Shown: positions 51,401 through 63,624 of the stretch, piece by piece
How positions within the stretch are numbered: position 1 is the stretch's first letter
Layout: every line of letters begins with the position of its first letter
Source of the DNA: Lingula anatina
Taxonomy: Eukaryota > Animalia > Brachiopoda
Length of the DNA: 64,000 nt
Direction of reading: 5' to 3'
Assembly: GCA_051362555.1 (NCBI GenBank)
Contig: CM120640.1
Coordinates: 16,430,001-16,494,000, forward strand
Made by a program: the position numbers and the translations under genes
Notes under the pieces: model-generated
Told to the model about the DNA's origin: nothing
Database searches by the model: none
Seen by the model: the letters and a program-made list of their open reading frames with translations, nothing else

Positions 51401-53765
51401 GAGCAACCATGGCTATCTTTGCAGAAATGACTCTGACATACCCTGTCCTATGTCTGAAACATTAACACATGATATGTAAATAAAATATTTTCCTTGTTAT
51501 AATAAGGTCAAGTGCAAGTTCTGCAATACAGCATGTATTCCAACTAATGTCATTTCCACAATTAGAACATCTCATATCAATTTCAGCAAGTCAATTTGGT
51601 CAATGATTTACAGAGAGCCCAACCAACCAAACCGTCATTTCCACAAAATTTTATATGCCATCCAGCCATCTTTAGAAATAAAGGCCATCCTTTGAGACTA
51701 CTGGCCATCCAAATGACAGCTGGACAGCTCTCTCAGGAAAGCCTAGGTAACAAGTCATATTTCATACATATTGAGCTACTAGTACTTACATGTCATACAT
51801 GTTGAGCAACCAGTTTAGGAGTATTTCTGTGGACTGCTCAATGGTAAGGCTGCCTGGCTTCCCTCTCCTTGTTTTATAGAAGATATCCATGATGACCGTC
51901 TCCAGCTCTCCACAGGTGATCACACTGTCCTGACTGCTTGACCACCCATGGTCATCAAACGCCCTGCTTATCATAGGGAGAGTGATGAGGTCCACTGAAA
52001 TATATATATATAGCAAATGTCATGTCCATCAATATTTTGTTACGTTCTATAAATATCTAAATGAAAACTGCAGGGAGCAATGTGATAAATGAAGAATTTC
52101 TCTCTATTGCTAGGTGCAAATTATACACTTGGCTTATGGTCAATGTTAAATAATATCTTACCTGGCAAATTCTAGCAGCGTATATATATTTAGGCCTTGC
52201 TTTAAAGTGTGCCAAGTAATTTTTTTAAAAATCAACACTCCAAACTTGCAAAATGTATTATTAACAAAACTTAAAATCCACTTTAAGGTATGTTGTTTTA
52301 GTAACAATTAACATGATCTTCTGGCCTTTTCCATACTTTTTATAATTAAAGGTACTGTTCACTTACACTTTAATCTTTTCTGTAGAAATCTCAGCTTCAT
52401 GGCAGTTCTGTATGCTGCATACCTGACATCATCAAATTCAGCTGGAAACAGATATGTTATTCTCATCTGTCACATTCAATTATTTCACTGCACTATAAAA
52501 CTATAATCACAAATTCCCAAACACATTGTGTGAAATGTTATAAATACAAGGTGAAAAGCTCTTTCTATTCTACAGTCGAGGCTGAGTTGTGTTGTCTATA
52601 AAGGATCTGATGTTTTACCTAGCTCCTCCAAAGTTTTGCTAAGGAAAGGATGGTCCCATTGAGTTCTCTCACTTTTATGACTGGAATGATAAAGAAAAGA
52701 GTAAGTCAGAAAACTTTGTGTGTGTAAACAAAACATAAGGGTATATTTAAAAAATCTTGCTTTGCTGCATAACAAAACATATGAAACCATAAATGTATAT
52801 CTTAAAGATATAAAATACATTTGGATATAAGTTATTAAATTGTCCAATAACTACCTAGAACACATTAAAATATTGTCCCTAGCAGAACCAGGGGGAGATT
52901 CAGGGTGGATCTGGTTAAGGGATTGGGGGGGGGGGGGGGGGGTATAAAACCTTTTTGGCTGAGCTCTAAGGTATTTGATGTTCCTTTAAGAAAAATATAT
53001 CACTTCTTACCAAAAGCATGGTAACATTAGAAGACTATGGGATGTTTCAGGATTCAAAGGAGATCTAGGGACACGGCAGTCAGAGTGGCATGTCAACATC
53101 CACTGCATCCCTGTATATTACCTTTATAATACCTTGACCCCTAGAATCCCTGAATAACAAGAGTGAGCATAAAAATGTACAGCAGCATATGCATGTATAC
53201 TGGTAGTACATACTTACTTGATGTAATAGGGAACTGCATTCCTGGTTTCTGACTTCTCCCATCCATCCAAGAGTTTACCTAAATGTTAACAGACGAATTA
53301 AGGTATTGATGCTTTTTTAAAAAAATGAAGATTAATAAGTAGACAAGTAAAATTAATAGAAGGAGTTCTGAAAGGGGTACCCCCATCTTGTGCAATATGG
53401 AGTATTTACAAAGTTATTTTAAGTCATAATTATTTTAATATCAAAATAACAAAACATGATATTTTGGGTCCAGTACAGCTTTTTTTTCCTCCAATAGTAG
53501 AGACTGTTCATTGTGTAAATTATTTAAAGGAAAATCAATTTAATCCCGATGGTGGGGGTGTCATTGTACAAACGAGTGTAACTTGTACATGTTACCATTA
53601 ATTTAACTAGTGTCACCAAGATCTAGTGTAGTAGTGTACAGTCTTAAAATAATTAAAGCACAAAATATATGAAATACCGTTACACATAATTGCACCAGAC
53701 TCTGTATCATAACATAAGAAAACGTTATTTCCAATCATACCGTAAAAGCTCTGTGAATTCCACAT
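45455..53765 (-). CDS. Compact dystrophin-superfamily protein, dystrotelin-like (WW, EF-hand region, ZZ zinc finger, coiled coils, low-complexity tail)
   Basis: Exons: 53741-53765, 53218-53278, 52619-52680, 52367-52441, 51790-51994, 51368-51453, 51036-51115, 50792-50872, 50345-50456, 49903-49957, 49441-49552, 48744-48874, 48229-48373, 47700-47788, 46844-47027, 45865-46501, 45455-45561 (TAG). The sum is 2247 nt, i.e. 748 aa. WW: [27 protein letters not shown]. Other motifs: [79 protein letters not shown]. The 25-nt ATG exon is less certain than the rest. Confidence 0.92.
47092..47460 (+). mobile_element. 3'-truncated copy of the same Helentron-type element in a dystrotelin-like intron
   Basis: Near-identical 5' hairpin and about 1.5 copies of the 159-bp unit (47226, 47385). 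It accounts for spurious ORF 47113-47643. Confidence 0.85.
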
Positions 53766-53769
53766 CTTT

Positions 53770-54309
53770 GCAGCACAATTATTCACTTCGATTCAAAATG
53801 TGAAGCCATATTTTAACGTGGGCTTTGGGATTCCCCGCTAGAGGGCACCTCTAAATACATCTGTTAACTCTCCTTAACGGCAGTTGCCCTCAGCCTGTGT
53901 TAAAATTTACCAACCTTCAAATGTGGATGGATTGAAAACGAGGCTATTCGCCTCTCGGGTGAAATAAAGTGAAAATTTGCTGCCTTTTATAAAAAGAAAT
54001 GCATATACAATTTACCAGAGATGTGAAATCTGCTTTTATCTCTAGAAATAATAAACGACAAATGAATCCTTTATAGACATCATTATAAGGCAGTGGTTTA
54101 CTTTAATAGATATAGATATCCAGGATGGCAACGATTTGACCTTTGTGTACGAAAAAGGTCATCTCTCAAGGCCGTTTCAATAAATATGCCAGATGACTCG
54201 ACATTTTCCCACCTACTTCTTCAAAATTACTTGTTACTCATGGATTCTATCATCCCAATTTATTGTTCGGATTGGTCTTAGATTTATAAGCAGAAGGATC
54301 TAATCAAAG
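53770..54309. promoter_or_regulatory. Probable bidirectional promoter shared by the dystrotelin-like and KEAP1-like genes
   Basis: A local CpG-rich patch (about 53650-54520) sits inside CpG-depleted DNA. The minus-strand ATG is at 53765. A plus-strand donor AAG|GTAAGG after 54309 is a plausible end of a non-coding KEAP1 exon 1. CTCF-consensus match CCGCTAGAGGGCAC at 53835-53848. Confidence 0.55.
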
Positions 54310-57300
54310 GTAAGGTTATTTTTACGTTTTTCACACATTTTTTAACACTGTAGCTTGGGGATACACTGTACATCAGCGTACATGTCCATGTACATTAATG
54401 TGCTATTTTAATTTACCCTGTTAATAAATTTGTCAGTGACACACTGAAATATGATTGAATTTTTTAGAGAAAGGTCAAACTCTTTGGCAGTATACACGCT
54501 AGTATTTCGTGTGAATTTCGTTATGATAAATATAGCAAGACAGTAAACTAGGCTGCCTAGGACCTACATGTAAGGTCATGTAAGGCTTCTTCCAATATGT
54601 AAACAACATTCACTTACCCGTGTGGTAAAAATAAAATACTGAATCATGAAAGTTACTTTTAGCTTTATTTTGAATCTAAATCTGAATTGATTAACATAGC
54701 AGGGCTTGTGCGGAGTAGACATGATGGGTGGGAGAGTGGTTCGGGTGCTTGTAGTGTGTAAATGCTAAAGAGTTGATCAACAGATTGTGGGCGAACTACA
54801 TGTATAGACTCCTGAAGGCTCAATTTGGTTCCAGTTGAAAACTGTTCTAGGTAGAAATGGGTTCCTGTAAATTACTCTCTTGCCTTAATTATAGAGGATG
54901 GAAATATCCACAATTGTTTGTTACTTAGTTTTCAACCAGATTGTCCAAATTATAATTTATACATGTATGCAGAGAAGCTCTTGACTTTGACCATGCCCTT
55001 ACTGCCACAGTGACTGCTTTTGGTCAGGTATTCCTGGTGACAAATCAGTGACATGATCCCCAAACATTTTGTAGAATATTAATTTGTGTGCTTTACATCT
55101 ATCACATTTATGATGCAAATAGGAATAGATGATTAAAAGTGGCTAAATTTAAGTCTAAAGAATGTTCAGTAACCAGTTGAGACGAAAGAAGTATTTACAT
55201 TTTCCATGTTGTAACAGTGCTTATAAATCTATCACTGATTTTCAATACAATGTTGGTATAGTACAAAGATCTGTATGTATCCCACAAGTAGTTAATCATA
55301 GCCTTGGAAAAAAGTTATGTTGAATTGTATCAGAATAACCTGCACAACATAACATAATGGTAGCCTGGGTCATTAAAAACAAAAAATTACTTCTAAATAT
55401 TTTTTTAGATGGGTCAATCAATACCTGATGTTCTATGGTTGTATTAGAGAGTAACAACATTTTATTTTAAGTGTAATTTTTATGAGTATTTTGCTGCTCT
55501 AAAAATGGCCATGGCACAAAACTGTTATTAATTCCAGGAAGTAATCTTTAGGTCAACGCCCTTACTATGTGGGTTGGCTACTCAGTTACCAGATCAACTA
55601 CTTCCTGGTTTTTTTATTTGTTTGTTATTTATTAACCTCTCCACACAGTACCCCAAGATATTGTATGAAATGATGTTTTGATAGCATAATATTTTTCATT
55701 AAAAGAGAAAAAAGGAATAAAAAAGAATGGAACTTTGTTGTCCAAAAACACAATTTGAACATTTATCTAGTCTTTTATTACTTAGCATTAAAAAGCCCAT
55801 TTAGAGGTCGGATTGTATTCCTTGGTTTATGTGTGGGAGACACACTAGTAGTGTTCACAGGTGACTGAAGATGGTTTCTTGAGTTATAAGCTGGCTCAGT
55901 GTTTAGGATGTGAGTCTAACAGTCTGTACCCTGTGTTGGATGTATTTTTCTGTAAGACTAAGAGGCACTGACAGTTTAATATTGATCAGGTTAAATGAAG
56001 CCTGAGGTGTTTGAGGAGGTTAATGAGCCTTACAATCTTAAGTCCAAATTGGTCTATTTTTTCACCTTGTGTTTTTATGGTCTTTTAATGTGTATTAAGC
56101 AGATTGCGTAAGGTATCTTTTTACAGTGATGTTGAGTTCATATAGAGAGGTACATTCAGTACATTTAGGCATTGTTATCAGAGATATTATTAGCATTTCA
56201 ATCAGAATATAGCTGACTTAAAAGAAGCAAGTGGTACATTAACTGGGAACATGGCCCAGAATGATAAGATACACACATTTGGAAAGAAATTACAGTATCT
56301 GTCCAATATGTTCATTGATGTAATATCTATGTAGTACCAGTAGTACTTTTAAGGAATTGTAGGGCGCATGGATGCCCATTTAACTTAATAAGGTTATTTT
56401 ATATATATTATTTTTAATACAATCTGTTTATCCTAATGAAATGGTATTTATTCAGTTGAGCAAAATAATTTTATTTTCTTTTGATTTCAAAACATTGATG
56501 TGTTTTGAGCATTGATGAATATCATAATTGCAGTTTTGTTCAGTATTTTTTATTTGATAAAAAATGAAATAAAATTGAATTACATTGAATTAAAAATGAG
56601 AAGAAATGGTTAACTTTGGTTAGTATGTACTAGAGTGCATGGGCTATAGTCATATGGCATCTGCTGCATGTGCACTGCGTTTCTGTAACTAGTACCAGGA
56701 ATATAATTTGCATTATTTTTTATTAGACTCTAATGGAGACTTCTTTAACCATCGAATGTATACTTGTACTCATAACACTCATAACATCTGTACGATTTTC
56801 ACAAAGACCACATTTAAATTTACACATCATACTAGCTGGGTCAGTCTCATTCTGAAGGCAATTCTTGCTAAAGTGCAATCAGTGGAATCAGCTTACTTGT
56901 CTGACATGTCTCCTTTAGCAGTGATTAACAACTGTGTGCTTATTAAGCTGATTCTACTGATTGCACTTAAGTGAGAATCCTCCTCCCCTCTGAGTTGGAC
57001 CAACCCAGCTAGTACATTGTGTGAATCTGAATATTCCAATGAAAACCAAGGGAAATTTAAACAATCACAGCTAGTCTGGCTGCTTAGATATGTACTTGTT
57101 ACACCTATGAACGGCTGATCCTAGGACTGGCATAGACAGGTGTGATTATGTATTACTATAGCACCTGAATAAATGTCATCCTAATATGACCACTCCTTAA
57201 TGTCTCTTAACAGTGGCCAGATGGGGCTTTCCCAAAGCATAACAATTTTAAAAGTAGTCATATATTACTATATAATATATTTTTATAGTTTATTAGCTAA

Positions 57301-57708
57301 AATCTTCACACTTACAGTTATGATGCAAGGCACAGTAAATAAAAAAAAAAAGAACATGAAAATTTGATAAGGACATCTATTGAGGACATTAAATGATAGA
57401 TTTGTCATAAAGATTCATATTTGGCAAAAAAAAAAAAAAAAAAAAGGAAAAGAAAAAGGATTTAGAGTAACCCCTCCCGAGTAGTATGTATAAAGACTGG
57501 CAGCGGAGGTCTCTCAGATGATTTTTCGTGGGGTCAGGATGCTTGTCTGCCATATGTGCCTGCATAAAATAAATGTACATCATTCTCTTCATTGAAGACC
57601 TGTGCCAAGTTTTTAACCTCTGTCTTATAAGACATACTTGCATGACCGAACAAGCCATGAATTGCACATGCTAATATTTGATTTCAGGTTATGGACAAAT
57701 AGTGAAAC

Positions 57709-57719
57709 TGCTTAGTCAT
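57709..57719 (-). promoter_or_regulatory. Antioxidant response element (Nrf2/CncC-sMaf site) ATGACTAAGCA
   Basis: Exact match to RTGACnnnGCA in the inferred KEAP1 5' intron. Motif match only. Confidence 0.5.
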
Positions 57720-59388
57720 CAATGGACCTTTTTAGGTCACTTGGATTTACGTCACCAATTCAAAAGTCAAATCCCTTGCCTAAGTCACACCTAGCTACTA
57801 GTAACCCTTCACAAAAAGGTGTAAATTTTCAAAATTTATGGCATAAAGTTAAACATCCCACTCTAAGCAAATATTAGGCAGTGCATGTACAATATACAGC
57901 CCGTGTTTTTTCAAGGGGAGTAATCTGATATAAGTAAGTTGAAGTTTTTATTTTTTTTTTCTTGCAATAGGACTTTATATTACTTACTTTTGATCTTACT
58001 AGAGAAAAATCATGAAGTTGTCTTATTAATCACCCCTATGTCTATTGTGCTTTTGTTGCAGCTTTTTTATGCCCTTTGACTTTGCAATGCTGTTAACCCA
58101 CTTGGGAAGCAGGGAGATCGGACCCCTTTAAAATAAAATGGTCATTTTTGGCGCTTATCTTTATCTTGGTGTTCTCTTTCATAAGCTGCCTTACAAGGAT
58201 GTAAAATATGGCTTTGGCTTGAAGTTTAAAGTCAAGTGTCCGAGATTCCCTGAGGAGTTAGTGCACAAGAGCTTGTGTGACATACATGTAACTCATTCTG
58301 AAAGACCCCTTAGACAGAAAGCCAAGTTTCACCATGACTATATGAGCAGTTGGTACATGTATTATAATTCCTCTAGCTTACATATTAGATTAAAGACCAC
58401 AAAAATCCTGTAGATCTGTACAGTCTCATTAAGGCAATGGATTTCCTCACTTTCCCTATTGAACTGTCTTTTAATGGCCAACCTTGAACCATGTACTGTG
58501 AGAGATGGCATGTGCTCCTACTTCTTGGGTTATGGAGGGAAATGTGGGTACCCTTGTAGACCTAGGTTATGGATATGTACTAGTTTACTTTTTATTTGCC
58601 TATATATTATATAGCTTTTGTCCAGGTGAGTGATCATGCCATTGGCTGCATAATATGTAGACTGTAAGTTATGAAACATTAAAAATATTATTGTAATACA
58701 AGTATGACTAATACCCTAGAGTTGGTTTTGATATACCCAGTAATGCATGAAACTTAAGCCTGAATAGTGTTCTTAACTTTGAGAGCACACTTTTGGTCCA
58801 ATTTATTTGGGGATAAAAGCGCAGCAGTCTATAGCTACTCGTAAGTAGGGTAGCAAATGGTCTTAAGCAGTGTCATTTTCTGCTTCTTGTTATATAACAA
58901 GCAAAATATTTCATTTAGGTGGACCACTGCTGATTTATTGTGGGTCAAACAAGACGCACATTTTGGTATAAAAGTTAGATCTACATTTTCTTTTTGTGAA
59001 ACAGGTACCATGAATAAGACAATCCTCTTCTACTGTGGACTGACCATTTAGTAAAGATACATGTAAATGTAAGATGCTTAAGAAATCACTCCAAATGTTT
59101 GCAATCACACTTAAAAGTGTTTGCAACTATAGCTAAGCACATTATTAATGAAAAGGCCACGATAAGCAGTTCATTGCAGTGACGTAAGGATTACCATTGA
59201 TTTGGTGAATGATAACATTGAAGGTTAAAAGTAGGATACCTACTCTAGGTATGTATCTATGATATTTTTCATTATGCTGTGAATCTATTTCCATATGCCT
59301 CACTGCAGAGTACACATGTACCTGTGGCAGGACATCAAGGCTGGAGATGTATACTGTATAAGAGTCAAAAACAACTGGTGTATGATGA

Positions 59389-61187
59389 TTTTTATGTACA
59401 GACACAGATGTGTCTGTACATATTGCCATCACCTGCGTCTGTCGTCGCCGTCGTCGCCGTCGCCGATGCCGATGCCGGCGCCGTGCACTTTCCTTGTTAA
59501 CACGATAAGTGGAGGGCAGTTTTACTTTTTGGCTTTATATTTACAGAGCTGATGAATATTCATAAAACGCAGGTCAAGTTCGAAAATCAGCATGATCTGG
59601 CCATTATTGTAGAAGTTATGCTGTTTTTTCACTTTTCAGCATATATGCAACCCTGTTAACACATTTTAAGGAAAACCGATAGGCCTGTTGTCATGAAACT
59701 CACAGGAGTAATCAATCTTACTAAAACACAGGCCAAGTTCGAAAATCGGCATGATCGGGCCACTCTTTTAGTAGTTATGCTGTTTTTTCACTTTTTAGCA
59801 TATATGCAACACTGTAAACACAATATAAGAAAAACAGATAGACCAATTGTCATTAAACTCACAGGAGTGGTCAATCTTACTAAAATGCAGGTTGAGTTTG
59901 AAAATTAGTATAATCGGGCCATTGTTTTAGAAGTCATGCTGTTTTTTCACATTTCCTCAAATTCAATTCTTAGGCATGTTAACAGTCTTATTATTTAATT
60001 AATAAGACACATAGAAGTGTTTGTTTGACATTTCCTGCATCTTTACAACATTGTTAGTTGATTATGTAGAAATGATGGTAAACTTGTTATCGTGTATTGT
60101 GTAATAAAGTGTCAAAAATGGAAATAAACTCATATCAGTCAGATTCAATCATTTACTATGTTCAGAATGTCAGAATGGAGGAAATTGGACATTTGACACA
60201 GTTCTATTGATATTTGTCCCATCTCATCAATTTTCTTAGTTGATCATATAAAAATGGCAGTAAACTGTTTATTTCATCTTATATTAAAAAAGTGTTAAAA
60301 ATGGAAATAAACCCATTTCAGCACAGTGCTGTCTAGTTTACATTTTGGCATATTCAAGGTGTCACTTTGAAGTTCCATGGGCATGAAGACCTTTGCTAGT
60401 CACATTTTCTGAATATACATGATATTATTAAAAATTGATGATCATTATGCTGTTAAACATAATGTAATATTGCATCAAAATTTGAAAATAAACCTATTTT
60501 GGGCACTGCTCCCATGATGACCATTTAGGGAAAACCATGTCATTTACTGTTCTCAAACTTACAGAAAGAAACATGGGACTTAAATACAGCTTCAGTAGGC
60601 AATGCAATCTGTTTGGTAATTCTTTCTGCCGGTTAAACAGATTTTTTGTGAAAGTTTAATTTTTCACATATTGGCATTTTCAAGGTGTGACTTTGAAGTT
60701 CCACAGGCTTGAAGACCCATGCTAGTCACATTTTCTGAAAATCCATGATACCTTTATTTTTATTATTAAAAATTGATTGTCATTATGCTGTTAACCATTA
60801 TGTAATATTGCATCAGAATAGAAGAACTCACAATTTTGGGTGCTGCTGCCATGAAAACCATTATGGGAAAACCATCTTACTTATGATTGCCAAACTTTCA
60901 AAAAAGAAATACAGGACTAAAATGCAGCCTGAGAAAAGCAGTCTAATTGACTTCTTTTTCTGGAAGTTATACATTTTCAGAGTGTGAACTTGAACTCCTA
61001 TGGGGCTGAAGCCTTATGCTTGTTACACATTTTACTTACATTGGAATTACCTGTTGAGCATAATTAAAATTTGATGTTGAATTTGCAGTTTAACATAATG
61101 TACTTTTGCATCAGAATTGACTGTACCCTATTTTGTTTTTTTCCTTCTTTTTGTCTGTACATTTGACAGCTTTGCTGCCTTGTTTTT
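59389..61187 (+). mobile_element. Helentron-associated non-autonomous element (HINE/DINE-1-like) with internal tandem repeats
   Basis: Starts in a T-run. 5' hairpin atgtacagacaca-ga-tgtgtctgtacat, then a (GTC/GCC)n microsatellite, 159-bp units (59563, 59722, 59881) and about 300-326-bp units (60346, 60672, 60971). It ends with a subterminal repeat tgtctgtacat (61152), a small hairpin gacagc-ttt-gctgcc and a T-run. Confidence 0.75.
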
Positions 61188-62453
61188 ATCTGTCTACAAT
61201 ACACAGTTAGTTAATATTTGAAATAGTTTATATACTGAGGTGGTTGTTCAAATGCTGAAGGTACCAGTAAATGCAAGTTTGCTTAGACAAACTTTAAACT
61301 GTTATCAGTGAGGATAATGCTTGGTCTCAAATACTTAGGAATCCTTGTTATACCTGAAGTGGATAATTAGCATTGTTTGTCTGGTTCTGTATAAAATTCA
61401 CAATGCTTTGCAGATATGACTAGGAAGATATTAAAGGGTTGAGGGCCTTCTGATATCTTGATATTGTGGGTGCTGCCCATATATTTAACAGGTGTAATTT
61501 TTTCTTTGAGATAGTTGATCCATAGTATTAGACAATACATGCTATTAGGTTTTTTTTTTTTATTGTTTTCCTTTACTCAAAATTAATTTGAACAGTTCTT
61601 GAAATAAAATTGAAAAATTAAAAAAGGAAGTGTACAGACAGCTGGATTTAATATGATCACATCAGAGTGGTGAATTAGAAATAATTGTTGGACTAATAGT
61701 TCTGATAAATTCAGGGTTATAAAAATATTCAGGGAAATTACCAACCAGTTATCAGGTATTTCATGTTTCTTTGCCCAAATGAATTTGAGTGCTAATTTCC
61801 CACTCAAAACCAGGAAGAGAAAGCATAGTTTTTGACACTCGCCCTACATGTGGGTTAAGCTGTTTAATAAATCATAAAGCATAGGTTTTTTATCTTAAAT
61901 TTATGGTCAGATCTATTTGTGGCGTACATAATGAAATAATGATGAAATTTGGATGTTTGAGTAAGAATTTTACAATGATAATAAACTTAATTTAAAGAGG
62001 GTAAAACATGTAAAGTGTATGTACTTATCTACACATGACCCTCAGATTTTGAAAAAGAAAAGAGTGCCAAATGTTGATATTATAAATTGAACTGCTTTTA
62101 TATAATTGCAGTGAAAAATATGAATATGATTAAAGTTATTTCTGCTTTTTATGACTGTCAAATATCAAGACCCCCAAAAATATATTTGCCATAATTGGGT
62201 TGAGGCGGTATGTTCTGCCTTACTGTCTTAGCTCCATTTGCTCACGTGTACCATGACATGTGATGCAGTGAACGGACATGACTCTAACCAATCACCTGCT
62301 GTAACTAAAACATAATTCGGCAAAATATTTAATGAAGTACTTTGAAAAGTTAGCAAATATTCCCCACGCATATTATATCATGCAACAAGGAGAACAACAG
62401 CCAATCCAAGGACAAGGCTGTAGTATGATATGTGAGCCAGCCGTCCAAAAAGT

Positions 62454-62464
62454 TGCTGTGTCAT
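62454..62464 (-). promoter_or_regulatory. Antioxidant response element ATGACACAGCA
   Basis: Exact RTGACnnnGCA match about 1.1 kb before the first KEAP1 coding exon. A GTGAGCCAGC variant lies about 20 bp to its left. Motif match only. Confidence 0.45.
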
Positions 62465-62966
62465 CCTGGTATTTAAATGTGACAGCAGGCTGGACTTTAT
62501 AAAACTGTAAGGGCCCCTGGAACCAGGCTGATGGAAGAAGGAAACACAATGGCTTTATTGATTTTAAGGTAGAGCTAATGGGCCTGTGCCAATAATTGAT
62601 ATAACTAGCAAAGAGGAACTGTGATATGAATATTTTGCATCCAGCTTTTTTTCCTTTTCAAAAATTTGAAAGATTGACATGACTCTGTTGACTTAATTCT
62701 AGATTGACCTTGAATCAGTTTTTGTTTTTTGTTTGTTTGTTTTTTTTTTAAGAAAGTCATTGTGATATTTGTACTTGACTTTTTGTTGAAGACAATAATC
62801 TAAACTACAATATAATTGTTTTTCTTGTCTTCATATGGATTTATGCCACTGTCATTGTCATTTTATTGCCTTACTATTAAGGAATTGATTGTTGTATAAT
62901 GAACCTTGTAATGATATGCTACATTTAAGAATTTTTGAATCCTTTAGCTATAGAACATTGGATCGA

Positions 62967-62970
62967 AGAT

Positions 62971-63068
<98 letters not shown>

Positions 63069-63116
63069 CATGAATTATACATTATATATAGATAGATAGA
63101 TAGATAGATATAGATA
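62967..63116. repeat. (TA)n and (GATA)n microsatellites
   Basis: Long TA run to about 63062, then a GATA run at about 63088-63115. Confidence 0.95.
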
Positions 63117-63624
63117 TAATTCATGAATTCAGAAACAATGCTGTTTTAACTGACCAACAGATACTACATTTTTTAGAGGGCATATTGTCATAATAATTCT
63201 CTAGGCATATATAGTTTTTAAACCCATGATATCATTACACATAACTTAAAATATGTAAAATTGTGTATTTGGTAAAGAAAAATCACCACTGTGCACTGGT
63301 CTTGTGAATAGGATCCCAGACACTAAAACTGAAAATGATTCATGATTAATAGCAGTCAAGGATGGGCCAAACTCATCTAGTACAGGTGAAAGAATTCTTA
63401 TGTAAGTGAACAGTCCTGTTGGAGTCAGAGAAGATTTATGTTACATGGACATGTCAGAATGAGTGATGTGTTTGCTTTTGAATAAGCCAGCAATCATGAA
63501 TGAAAAAATTGGTCCTGTCTTAAGAAATACAGTTAGCATTTTAGAAATATGTTGTTGCTTTTCTCTTTCAGATTACAATGGGACCTTAGACCAACCAAAG
63601 TGAGTTTTGTAACAAAGACTGAGG

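Noticed and set aside
54193-54203. ATGACTCGACA as an ARE in the shared promoter
   Set aside because: Lacks the required GC at the 3' end of the ARE consensus.
54618-54647. Minus-strand ATG mini-exon with a strong GTAAGT donor as an alternative dystrotelin-like start
   Set aside because: It ends in phase 0 while the WW exon needs phase 1. It could only be non-coding or a chance match.
59563-59960. Regularly spaced repeats as a possible CRISPR array
   Set aside because: The whole 159-bp unit repeats with no unique spacers, the context is eukaryotic, and there are no cas genes.
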